A stretch of DNA of 63,878 bases, the filler included, from Candidatus Woesearchaeota archaeon (lineage in GTDB: Archaea; Nanobdellota; Nanobdellia; Woesearchaeales; CAZJJJ01): NCBI GenBank assembly GCA_046538795.1. It is 3 parts of 3 records of this genome, joined end to end, with 100 filler letters (N's around TTAATTAATTAA, not from the genome) between each part and the next. Parts side by side here need not be neighbours in the genome. Positions count along the whole stretch, not along the records: positions 1 to 29,397 come from JBKHIF010000009.1; positions 29,498 to 58,847 come from JBKHIF010000010.1; 1 more part is not named here. The stretch is one strand, 5' to 3'. Below the pieces are notes generated by a model. The model saw nothing but the letters and a program-made list of their open reading frames with translations. It was not told where the DNA came from and did no database searches. The first letter of the stretch is position 1. Each line of letters opens with the position of its first letter. The translations under genes and the position numbers were made by a program. Shown piece after piece: positions 28,665-38,070 of this stretch.

Positions 28665-29397
28665 CTAATTATTTTGGCTAATTGCAAAAGTCTTTTTTCT
28701 CCATCCACCAAAAACATACCATAATATCGAACCGCTGCCGACTATGAAATATGACATCACAAATCCCCATGCAACAGCTATAACACCAGCACCATATACT
28801 ATGCCGACAAAGTAAGCAAATGGTATTGTCAATGCAAACATGCGCGTTGCATGGAATATCAATGGAAACATTCCCTTTCCCATTCCCTGAAATGCGCCGC
28901 CGATCATCTGGGCGATTCCCAAAAGCAAATAGCTTAACGGAAGCACTTTAAGGATATCTACACCTAAGGATATTACAGCAACCTCATCAACAAATATGCT
29001 TACCCAAAATCTTGGAAAGAGAAAAAACAAGAGTCCCATAAATATCACAAAAGCTGTCGCAATCTTTGAAGCAATCATAACTATCTGATCTATCCTGCTG
29101 AATTTTTTTGCACCAAAATTATGGCCAGTCATCACCATAACTGCCGTCATGAAACCTACAAGTGGCATGAATACTATAGATTCAAGACGAAACATTATAC
29201 CAAATGTTGCTATAGCAACAGTTCCAAATGAAGCTATGATAAGATTAAGGAACAGGAAAGAAAAACTCATTATGACCTGGGATAAAGATGCAGGTAACCC
29301 AACTTTGTAAATTTTCCTGATCAATAACCAACTGAATCTAAAATGTTTCAGATTAAATTCAAGGTGAGATTTTTTACGTATGAGAAGAAAATGTATC
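28665..29397 (-). CDS. MATE family efflux transporter, 5' part cut by the contig end
   Basis: GLPASLSQ, G.VAIATFG, G.NFGAK, FQGMG. The frame stays open up to the N gap. Confidence 0.88.
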
Positions 29398-29497
29398 NNN
29401 NNNNNNNNNNNNNNNNNNNNNNNNNNNNNNNNNNNNNNNNNTTAATTAATTAANNNNNNNNNNNNNNNNNNNNNNNNNNNNNNNNNNNNNNNNNNNN
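29398..29497. other. Artificial contig linker
   Basis: 100-nt N run containing TTAATTAATTAA (stops in all six frames). Confidence 0.97.
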
Positions 29498-30448
29498 TTT
29501 TTTATAGAACGAATATATTTTTTTACCTGTAACAAGATTTCTTCGTTTTGAATTAATTCCATTAAATCTTGCAGCTTCAATCATGTTATGGAGATACTTG
29601 TTTAAAAGTTCAAGAGGAAAAAACATTTCGTCGACAAGTTCTTTATCTTCAAGGTTCCATTCATTGTTTCCTTCATAGAAAAAACCAAATGAAGCATCTG
29701 TTTTTGACAACTGGCCCTTATTATTAACAGGAAACTTGATTTCATAGGTGAAATGTGGAAGAACAATGTCTTTTGGAAAGATCGTACTATTTCGTTTTGA
29801 TCTATGAAAACTATGAAGCAGAGAATTTTCTGGATCATATTCTACGAAAACGCGTCCTGAAGAAGTATCAAGTGCTTGGGATGTGAGAAGAACCTCTTTT
29901 CCGCCCTTTGGACTTCTGTGTTCATTCATATCTTCAACATACTCACTTTCAGTCAGTTCATCAATACATCTAAAGCGTCTTTTTGATATCAAATCATATT
30001 TTTTTTTATTTTTAATAAGCCAATGAGAATCTTCTTTTGATTTGATTTCCCCATAATTTGAATGAAATGGATCGAGCAAGTATTCTTTTCCACTAAGTTT
30101 TATTGTAATAAATGTGTGATTTCCTCGGGTTGCTTCATTAGGTGTCTCATATTCATAAAGCTCTTGCATTCCTTTTGCATCATATATCTTGGGTTCTAAG
30201 TTAAGCTCTTTTGCAACTAAATAAAGCATTCCTGCATAAGAAAAACAATCAGAATCATAACTCATCTCGTGTAAGAAATGGCCGCATCTTCCAGATTTGA
30301 TAGCATCAGAAAAACCATATATTACATGAAGAAATTCGCTATTATATAGTGAATTTGCACAGGATGACTTGTATTTTCTCCTGCGTTTGATCTCTTCAGC
30401 AACATATTTTGCCTTATCTACTGATTTTTTTGGAAATGTTGATTCCAT
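29498..30448 (-). CDS. Hypothetical protein with transglutaminase/NAT-like Cys-His-Asp motifs, 3' truncated
   Basis: SDCFSYA...A.EL.L, GNHTFI, YLLDP. Confidence 0.55.
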
Positions 30449-30466
30449 TGTAAAAAATTTAAAAAT

Positions 30467-30844
30467 TTAAAATCTCATCCTGTCGTCTATGGAAAGTCTC
30501 ACTTTTTCATCGCCAGATGAAGGTGAAGATCTTTTCTTTTCAACTGCTTTTTGCTGTTTCTTTGTAATTGAATATGTTGAACTTATCTCATATGAGCTGA
30601 CTGTAACATCTCCAAGAGCATTTAATTCAGTTTCTAATGCTTCGAAGCCTTCGTCTGAAATCAATTTTGAAGATACATCGTCTCCCATAACCTGGATTCC
30701 GTATTCAATTTTTTTTGGTTTTCCAAGAGTTGAATTGTTTGTTGATTCAAGTCTTTCATTGTACTCTGCAACCATTTTTTCAAATTTATCAGTGGTTTCT
30801 TTTGGTGTTGGTCCAAAAACAGTTATGTTGTAAGATTTGCTCAT
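30467..30844 (-). CDS. Hypothetical protein
   Basis: 125-aa ORF with AGGTGA SD. Confidence 0.7.
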   Translation of the reverse strand: MSKSYNITVFGPTPKETTDKFEKMVAEYNERLESTNNSTLGKPKKIEYGIQVMGDDVSSKLISDEGFEALETELNALGDVTVSSYEISSTYSITKKQQKAVEKKRSSPSSGDEKVRLSIDDRMRF

Positions 30845-31122
30845 GCAATCACCTTTGCGTTTTTAATTGATAAGAAACATTAATTTATTTAAAAAATATG
30901 TTAATTCTGCAGGTTAAAACTCACTTTTCAAAATATTTACTTGTCGGTATTGTGCGAACAGGCGTCTGTGTATTGATATGTAAATGTCGCCATCAAAAAG
31001 CAGAAATAATATCGACATAATTATGTTTTATGCCGATTATGGTTTCTAAAACATTTAAGCAAAAATAAAAAAATCTTGTTCTTTTGAAAATCAAAAAGTT
31101 TTAAGCAAAAATAAAAGAATAT

Positions 31123-31632
31123 TTACTCAAAATCATCTTCAAGTACTTCGGAACTCTCACTTTTCATCATATTTTTGCTTAATTTCTCATTTTTCACGAT
31201 TTTCTGGAGCTCTTTAATGTATTTCATCGTAGTCTCCTGGTGATTATTTACCTTTTGGACTGTCTTTTCAAAGGCCTGTTCAAGGGTATTTCCGTTCAAT
31301 TTGTAGCCGATTATTACCTTTCCGTCCTTGATATAGCTTGTTTTTACGATTAAGTTAAGTGCCATCCAGCGTTTTAAGTAATCATACATGGTTTGCCGTG
31401 TAATCCCTGCAAAATAGCCCATTTCATCGACAGTCATCACTGATAATTCAGGGTTTTTTTCCCTGTTTGCACGCTTTGATCTTTCATATAATTCAAGAAA
31501 TGTCCTGTACATCTTGTCTGTTGAACCCTCTTTTCTTGGCGAAAGTCCTATCCTGTTTATGATTACTTTTGCAAGCTCTTCAGAATTAGCATTCATTCCT
31601 GGTTCATGATTTGAAAATATGATCTTTTCCAT
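31123..31632 (-). CDS. Winged-helix DNA-binding protein with C-terminal helical extension
   Basis: MTVDEMGYFAGITRQTMYDYLKRW..LNLI.K helix-turn-helix, wing IGYKL, amphipathic tail. GAGGTGA SD before ATG 31632. Confidence 0.8.
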   Translation of the reverse strand: MEKIIFSNHEPGMNANSEELAKVIINRIGLSPRKEGSTDKMYRTFLELYERSKRANREKNPELSVMTVDEMGYFAGITRQTMYDYLKRWMALNLIVKTSYIKDGKVIIGYKLNGNTLEQAFEKTVQKVNNHQETTMKYIKELQKIVKNEKLSKNMMKSESSEVLEDDFE

Positions 31633-31849
31633 GATATTCACCTCTGGATTCTGGTAGGGATCCTGGTATATAAATGTATCCATTTGGCCGACAATGAGAC
31701 AATTTGCAATGAGTTGGCTAAAACTGCCAATACATTTTAAGCAGAATAAAAATAAAGCCATTTCAGCCAATTTATTGATTCACAAGATATAAACCCTTAT
31801 AAAAACACCAATTTTTGATCATATTTGCCTGAAATCGAATACTTTTCAA

Positions 31850-32120
31850 AATATTCGGGATTGTCCCGATTCACCAAATTCTGAATTTTTGACATTTTCG
31901 CCAAAAATCCCGACAGTGTCGGCATTATCCCTTGCATTTTGGCATAATTCCGAATGAAGAGTTTAAGTGTCATTTACCCTGAAATGCAGATTCCACGCTT
32001 TTGTTTCCAAAAGCAGGGGTTTTAGGGGGGTATTGGATGTTGTTTTGACATAATCCCGACAGATTATTCTAGTATACTATTTTGGTACATTTTTAGAAAC
32101 ATTGAATTATGCCAAATAAA
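31850..32120. repeat. Array of palindromic and phased repeats, consensus about TTTGRCATAATYCCGACA, with G-strings
   Basis: TCGGGA-TTG-TCCCGA 31855-31869; CCGACA-G-TGTCGG 31910-31922; AATCCCGACAG at 31906 and 32052; TTTGGCATAATTC 31938-31950 inverted at 32104-32116. Confidence 0.75.
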
Positions 32121-32327
32121 GCGCGAAATCCCTCTATTTTAGGCCGTATTTTGGCAAGTTTGAAGCCCAGGTATTCATTTTGATAAAAGTCATTTTTTGA
32201 TAAGAAGCATCATGTCCTCTGATATTGAATTTCTTAAGCGTTATCAGCAGAGAATCCGGAATTTAGTTAACTTATCTTTGAAGCATTAAAAGAACCAACT
32301 TATAAAGAAAGATTTGTTTCAAGACAA

Positions 32328-32519
32328 TCAAAGCCTGTTTAGCTGCTCTTTTTGAAGCGACTTAATCTCAGACCTTAATTCTTTGATCTCATCTCTCAAG
32401 GCCTGATTTTCCCTTTGAAACTCAAGTATCCAGGCCTGCATCGTAGATTTAAATGTATTCATATCTTCACGTGCGGCAGCAAAAGATTTTTTCACATTCC
32501 GTTTAAATGTTGTATCCAT
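32328..32519 (-). CDS. Small coiled-coil protein
   Basis: 63 aa with heptad pattern ENQALRDEIKELRSEIKSLQ. Confidence 0.7.
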   Translation of the reverse strand: MDTTFKRNVKKSFAAAREDMNTFKSTMQAWILEFQRENQALRDEIKELRSEIKSLQKEQLNRL

Positions 32520-32778
32520 GCAGTAGTTAAATTATAACTTATTTAAATAGGTTTCGGTCTAAATGTTTTAAGCGTTGCTATAAAGTTTTGTTTGTGTTGT
32601 GTGCGTAAATGTTTTAAGCAAAATCAAAAACTTTTGACACCGTTATTCGCCACTTTACCTTGAGCAATTCGGTATAGTTTCGTAGTTCAAAAAACGACAC
32701 CTGTTTCATAAAACAACAACATGAGTCGAGACTATACGGACAATTGTTTTTGATAAAAATTTTGTTCGAAAGTGAGCG

Positions 32779-32814
32779 TTTTATTTTTTATTTTATTTTA
32801 TTTTATTTTATTTT
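32779..32814. repeat. (TTTTA)n AT tract
   Basis: TTTTATTTTTTATTTTATTTTATTTTATTTTATTTT. Confidence 0.85.
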
Positions 32815-32897
32815 GTATCACTTTTTGTGTTGATTAAAGAAATCATAGATAACATAAATAAATGGTTTTAAATATCAGCATTTCAAAAATAAATATT

Positions 32898-33329
32898 ATG
32901 AAAAATGAAGTTATCAAAGATATGATCAAAGAGGCAAAAATTGCCATGAAAAATGCATATGTTCCTGTAACACATCATGGTGTTGGGGCATCGGTTCTTA
33001 CAAAAAAAGGAAATATACACAAAGGAGCTAATGTTCAAAGTGTGATATCTGGCCTTGGAACCTGTGCTGAGCGTGCTGCAATTGATAACATGGTCTCAAA
33101 TGGAGAATATTCAATCCAGGCAGTATGTGTTGTATCTAATTCTTTTATATATCCTTGTGGAGCGTGCCTTCAATATATAGGCGAATTTTCAGAGATTTCT
33201 GGAAAAAACATACCTATAATCATGGCAAATTCTGCAGGGAAACATAAGATAAAATACCTGCATGAACTGTTTCCGCACGTATATGGTCCACTAGAAAGTC
33301 ATAAGAACATAAAAAAATACAAAAAGTAA
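32898..33329 (+). CDS. cdd: Cytidine deaminase, homotetrameric type
   Basis: AYVP, VGA, G.NV, CAER.AI, PCGAC. Confidence 0.9.
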   Translation: MKNEVIKDMIKEAKIAMKNAYVPVTHHGVGASVLTKKGNIHKGANVQSVISGLGTCAERAAIDNMVSNGEYSIQAVCVVSNSFIYPCGACLQYIGEFSEISGKNIPIIMANSAGKHKIKYLHELFPHVYGPLESHKNIKKYKK

Positions 33330-33401
33330 AAGTGAGTTCTATTACTTGAATAGCCAGGTATTTTCATGCGATCTTTTTTTCATATAAGATAACTATGCAA
33401 T

Positions 33402-36092
33402 CTACCAGGTCAAGTATTTTTTCACAAATTCATTATCCTTTCTTAACAGCCATTTCCTGAACTCATCGCCGAAAAATATCAAGAGAGCAAAAGGCACTGA
33501 AAGTGAGAGTTCAAATAAAGTCAATGGTGCAGTTCCAAAAAAGGTATTTGCTGCCGGTAAAAACACCATTACTGAAAGCAGGGCAAGTTCAGTAAATATT
33601 CCTAATATGATAAGCTTATTTGAAAAGAATCCTGCGCTAAATACAGATTGTCTTCTGGTCCTGCAGATATATACGTCTGCAACCTGGCATATGACTATGC
33701 TTGCAAAGAAGGCTGTGATTGCTTTTTGATATATTGGGTTTGTTGAGGCAAGTTCAGTCCCCCAGGTCCAGCCATTAGAGAATAGCACATAAAAGTAAGA
33801 GAAGAATCCTGCTGCTGCCTGAAGCATACCCACAATCCCATAAGACATAAAAAGAAGTTTTCCTGTAAGGAGGCGTTCTTTTCTTGATCTTGGTTTATTC
33901 TGCATTACATCAACTTCAGGGTTTTCCGACCCAAGACCCAGTGCAGGCACAAGATCTGTTCCAAGATCTATTGAAAGTATTAATATGACTGTTAATGGGA
34001 GCGGTATATCAAGAAGTACAAAAGCAATAAAAGGAGTGATCTCAGGAATATTGCTTGTAAGTATGTATGCGATAAACTTCTTTATGTTTTCAAAGATAGT
34101 TCTTCCTTCTTCAACAGCATTAACAATAGTTGCAAAGTTATCATCCATGAGAACCATGTCTGATGCTTCTCTTGCAACCTCTGTTCCGATAATTCCCATA
34201 GAAACCCCCATATCAGCATTCTTTAATGCAGGAGCATCATTCACTCCATCTCCTGTGACTGTTACAACTTCACCCATGGATTGGAGTGCTTTTACTATCT
34301 GAAGCTTTTGTGCAGGACTTGTTCTTGCAAAAATGAGATTTTCTTTTTTCAGGTAATCTTTAAGGCGTTTTTCAGACATCTTTGAGAGCTGTTCTCCTGT
34401 AACAATGTTTGCTTTACCTTCATAAGGGATAATTCCTGCTTTTCTTGCTATTGCTTCTGCTGTTATGCTATAATCACCAGTTATCATGATGACTTTTATG
34501 CCGGCAGTTATGCATTTCTTGATTGCATCAGGAATCTCTTTTCTTGGAGGATCGATTATACCCACAAGACCCACATATGTAAATCCTTTTTCAGAGACCT
34601 TATCCTCTTTTGCCTGTTTCTGTGCAAACGCAAGTACGCGCTCTCCTCTTGAAGCTAGCTTTTCGTAGTATTTTAGCACCTTTTCTTTATCTTTAGGGCT
34701 AAGTTTTCTTGTTTTCTTGCCGTCATATATTTTGTCGCATTTGCCCAAGACAACTTCAGGCGCTCCCTTAAGGTGAGCTATTGTTTTTTTCCCGTCTTTG
34801 TTAAGTGTTATCATGCGTTTTGTCTTTGAATCAAAAGGAATCTCTGAGAGCCTTACAGACGCCCTTATCATGTCGTTTAATTTAGTATATTTTCTGGAAA
34901 AATCAAGAAGGCAGGATTCAGTAGGATCGCCTGAAAATCCTTTTTTAGAAGGTCTTGCATTATTGCAGAGGCTCATTGTAGAAAGAAGCCTGTCAAGATT
35001 AGGTGTTTGTTTTATACCTTTCTCAAATATGTTTTTTTCCTCAAAATTAAGGACAAGAGTATTCACTGTCATCTTATTTTGAGTAATTGTTCCTGTCTTA
35101 TCTGTGCAGATAACTGTTGTAGAACCAAGTGTTTCAACTGATTCAAGATTTTTAATGAGCGCATTTCTCTTGGCCATCTTCTTTGCAGATCTGCTCAGAG
35201 AAAGAGTAACTGTAGGAAGAAGACCCTCTGGAACATTTGCAACTATTATTCCTATTGCAAAAATCAAGCTTCCGATAAACTGCTGTCCCAGAAACAAGCT
35301 TACTAGAAAAAACACAAAACCTAGTACTAGAGCAATATTAGAGATAATCTTTATGAAATGCCTGATCTCTTTTTGCAAGGGTGTTACAACTTCTTTTGTA
35401 TCTTTTGTAAGCTGGACAATCTTTCCTATCTGCGTATCCATCCCGGTGCCAAAGACAACTGCATGGCCATTTCCAGACTGTATCATAGTGCCCGAGAAGA
35501 TCACGTTTCTTGACTCAAGAATGTTATCGCTGGTGCACTCAATCTTTCTCAATTGAGGCTCTGATTCGCCTGTTATTGATGAATTATCCACCTTAAGAAG
35601 ATTTGCTTCTATGAGCCTTGCATCTGCAGGCACCTTGTCGCCTTCTGCAATGTATATAATATCTCCAGGAACAAGATCAGCAGTTTCAAGCTCGACCTGT
35701 TTTCCATCTCTTATAACAGTTACTTTGCTTGGAAGCATCTTCTTGAAGCTTTCCATGATCTTTTCTGATTGATACTGTTGTATGAACGTGAAGATTGCAT
35801 TAAGAAAGACAACTCCGACAAGAGCAATTCCAATGTACAGGTTTCCCTGACCGGGCGATACTGATTCGGCAAAAAATGCAAGTCCTGATCCAACTAAAAG
35901 AAGCAGTGCAAAAAAATTTGTGAACTGAAGAAAAAATTTAACGATAGGACTAACTTTCTTTTTTGTTTCAAGAACATTTTTTCCATGTTCTTTCAACCTA
36001 TCTCTTGCATCTTTTTCGCCAATGCCAGACTCTGATGTGTTTAGTTTTCTGAATAGCTCATCTATTGAAATCTTATGTTCCTTGTTCTGCAT
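33402..36092 (-). CDS. P-type cation ATPase, Na+/K+-ATPase-like (P2C)
   Basis: TGES, VANVPEGLL, DKTGT, KGAPE, TGDGVND, TSNIPEI, IDLGTD. Confidence 0.93.
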   Translation of the reverse strand: MQNKEHKISIDELFRKLNTSESGIGEKDARDRLKEHGKNVLETKKKVSPIVKFFLQFTNFFALLLLVGSGLAFFAESVSPGQGNLYIGIALVGVVFLNAIFTFIQQYQSEKIMESFKKMLPSKVTVIRDGKQVELETADLVPGDIIYIAEGDKVPADARLIEANLLKVDNSSITGESEPQLRKIECTSDNILESRNVIFSGTMIQSGNGHAVVFGTGMDTQIGKIVQLTKDTKEVVTPLQKEIRHFIKIISNIALVLGFVFFLVSLFLGQQFIGSLIFAIGIIVANVPEGLLPTVTLSLSRSAKKMAKRNALIKNLESVETLGSTTVICTDKTGTITQNKMTVNTLVLNFEEKNIFEKGIKQTPNLDRLLSTMSLCNNARPSKKGFSGDPTESCLLDFSRKYTKLNDMIRASVRLSEIPFDSKTKRMITLNKDGKKTIAHLKGAPEVVLGKCDKIYDGKKTRKLSPKDKEKVLKYYEKLASRGERVLAFAQKQAKEDKVSEKGFTYVGLVGIIDPPRKEIPDAIKKCITAGIKVIMITGDYSITAEAIARKAGIIPYEGKANIVTGEQLSKMSEKRLKDYLKKENLIFARTSPAQKLQIVKALQSMGEVVTVTGDGVNDAPALKNADMGVSMGIIGTEVAREASDMVLMDDNFATIVNAVEEGRTIFENIKKFIAYILTSNIPEITPFIAFVLLDIPLPLTVILILSIDLGTDLVPALGLGSENPEVDVMQNKPRSRKERLLTGKLLFMSYGIVGMLQAAAGFFSYFYVLFSNGWTWGTELASTNPIYQKAITAFFASIVICQVADVYICRTRRQSVFSAGFFSNKLIILGIFTELALLSVMVFLPAANTFFGTAPLTLFELSLSVPFALLIFFGDEFRKWLLRKDNEFVKKYLTW

Positions 36093-36136
36093 ACCCTCAT
36101 CACAATAGAATTTTTCGCTCAGGCAATATATAAAAC

Positions 36137-36718
36137 TTAGTTACTCTTCACAAGTTGAAACTCAACTGATCTTTTAACAGGTTTTTTCTTAAAAAGCAAC
36201 TCCAGTTCAAAATTTGAAAGAAGATATTCTGAAGAAGTTCCTTTTCTGGAATGTCTATTGTCAGGATTTATTCTATCTGTAAGGATTCCCTGAGCCCAGA
36301 ATGGAAGATCCTGATCTACATCAAAGCGCAGTTCTTTTATAAGAAGATATTTTTCTGCATTTCCATCCTCCACATTATACAAAAAGTTTGTCTTGGGATA
36401 AATGTAGGGTATCTTAGTGTTATTCAGGGACAGACTAAATTCCGGTCTTTCCTGATTATCAAAATCAAGAAGAAAGCTTCCCAAATCATCAGGAGAATCC
36501 AACTTTCGCGCAGTTTCCAAATCCTTTAAGACATTTTCTCCTATGCCGTCAAAAATAAATATCCTGTTATCAAGAGAATCTCTTTCAGATATTTCTATTG
36601 CCCGCCTAAGTTCATCTCCTCCTATACTATATAATCCATTTGGACGGGACAAAGAACTGACAAGGAAATAAGGCCCCTTAAAATGTGCGGATATATTTGA
36701 ATAATATTCAATGTCCAT
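36137..36718 (-). CDS. Hypothetical protein
   Basis: 193-aa ORF with no recognisable motif. Confidence 0.6.
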   Translation of the reverse strand: MDIEYYSNISAHFKGPYFLVSSLSRPNGLYSIGGDELRRAIEISERDSLDNRIFIFDGIGENVLKDLETARKLDSPDDLGSFLLDFDNQERPEFSLSLNNTKIPYIYPKTNFLYNVEDGNAEKYLLIKELRFDVDQDLPFWAQGILTDRINPDNRHSRKGTSSEYLLSNFELELLFKKKPVKRSVEFQLVKSN

Positions 36719-36803
36719 TTTATATAATGTCTATTAAATAAAAGATAAAAAGGTAATGTTTAACCAAACCATAAAATATTAAGAAAAAGAAAAAAGAAAT
36801 GAG

Positions 36804-38069
36804 TTATTTTCTGCTTTTTTTTCCAATAGAAAATCCGACAATTCCGACAATAACTGAAATTGCAACAGTTAAAAAGATGCCATTTCCTCCAAGTCCAGAA
36901 GCTGCGCCGTCTTCAATGTTTATTGACATGCTCTTACTATCGACAATAACTTCCTGACCATCAACACCTCTTATCTCAAGGTCAAAAAGATAAGATTTTG
37001 GTTTTGCATCCTCATCCACTGTGAAAGTAAGCACAGCTTCGCCTGAGTCGCCAGATCTCATCTTTCCGATAAAATCAGATTTTTCATCAAATTCAAAAGG
37101 CTGTGTCGCTTCTTTGAACAATTTTAATGAGACACTGTCTGCCTCATCTCCACCCTTATTTAAAACATTTATTCTCATGGTAACCTCAGAACCCGGATAA
37201 ATTTTTTCAGGTGTTGTCTCAACAGATGCAATTTCAAACCTTGCACTATCCTTTATGGGGATCTCAAGAGGCAACAAGATATTTTTATATTCATTCTCGT
37301 CATCTTCTTCTTCTTTATAACTAATATTAAGATAAGACATATAAGTTCCGCCAGCAAGATAATCAGCAGTATCAACATAGAATGTTGCTGTCTTTGGAAC
37401 TCCGGGCTGGATTGTTCCAAGAGTTGCTCTGTCAGAATATCCATAGTTTGGCATAATTCCTTCAGGAAGATCTATTTCAACGAGTACGTTTTCTGCATTT
37501 GCATCTCCAATGTTTGCTATATCTACATCTATTCTTGCTTCTTCAATATCTGCTATAAGTTTTTTTGGCGAAGTCACAAGATTTCCAAGGACAAAATTTG
37601 AATTTTTTCGTTCTCCCACCCTTAGAGTGTAGTCCTCAGATTTCCAGCCAGAATCATCAGCACTCTTATATCTAAGTGTTGCATCATACTCTCCTTCCAA
37701 TGCATCATTATCCACTCTTATCTTGTAATAAAGGATGTAATATTCATCTTCAATTGTTGAACCAAGCCATCTTTCAACTTCTTTTACAGCATTATCTGCC
37801 CCATCAAAATAAAAAGGATATTCAAGCTGAAGCTCAAATACAAGGTCGTTTATCTGTGCAGAACCAAGTTTTTCTACTTTCCATCTTAATTCAAGATATT
37901 TGCCTGATTCTGCAGGATCAGGATCCTGATTAAGAAAAGTAAGCCTGATAAATGAACTGTCCGCAGCATGTGCAGGTAGAACCCCGACAATCATAATCAT
38001 GCTGATTGCAAGAACATATAATGTTCTGTAAATGTCAGTTTTCATCTTTAAACCTGTTTTTCCGATCAT
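36804..38069 (-). CDS. COG1361-type S-layer-domain protein
   Basis: Signal peptide, QDPDPAE.G, repeated N.G...A..V Ig-like domains, C-terminal TM. Confidence 0.85.
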   Translation of the reverse strand: MIGKTGLKMKTDIYRTLYVLAISMIMIVGVLPAHAADSSFIRLTFLNQDPDPAESGKYLELRWKVEKLGSAQINDLVFELQLEYPFYFDGADNAVKEVERWLGSTIEDEYYILYYKIRVDNDALEGEYDATLRYKSADDSGWKSEDYTLRVGERKNSNFVLGNLVTSPKKLIADIEEARIDVDIANIGDANAENVLVEIDLPEGIMPNYGYSDRATLGTIQPGVPKTATFYVDTADYLAGGTYMSYLNISYKEEEDDENEYKNILLPLEIPIKDSARFEIASVETTPEKIYPGSEVTMRINVLNKGGDEADSVSLKLFKEATQPFEFDEKSDFIGKMRSGDSGEAVLTFTVDEDAKPKSYLFDLEIRGVDGQEVIVDSKSMSINIEDGAASGLGGNGIFLTVAISVIVGIVGFSIGKKSRK

Positions 38070-38070
38070 T

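Noticed and set aside
29398..29497. TTAATTAATTAA palindrome inside N runs (also 58848-58947)
   Set aside because: Synthetic six-frame-stop contig spacer, not biological.
31991..32030. Canonical ORB element
   Set aside because: TTCCA and G-strings are present but the TTCCAGTGGAAA-like core is not matched, so it cannot be called an ORB.
31012..32116. dif-like Xer site from TTTGGCATAA/TTATGCCAAA half-sites
   Set aside because: No pair is arranged as two 11-bp arms around a 6-bp spacer.
31850..32120. Repeat array as CRISPR
   Set aside because: Units are degenerate, in both orientations, without regular unique spacers, and no cas genes are present.
32898..33329. Cytidine deaminase as a tRNA C-to-U editing enzyme for C33 tRNA-Val
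   Set aside because: It is a stand-alone nucleoside deaminase type with no THUMP or other RNA-binding domain and lies on another contig.
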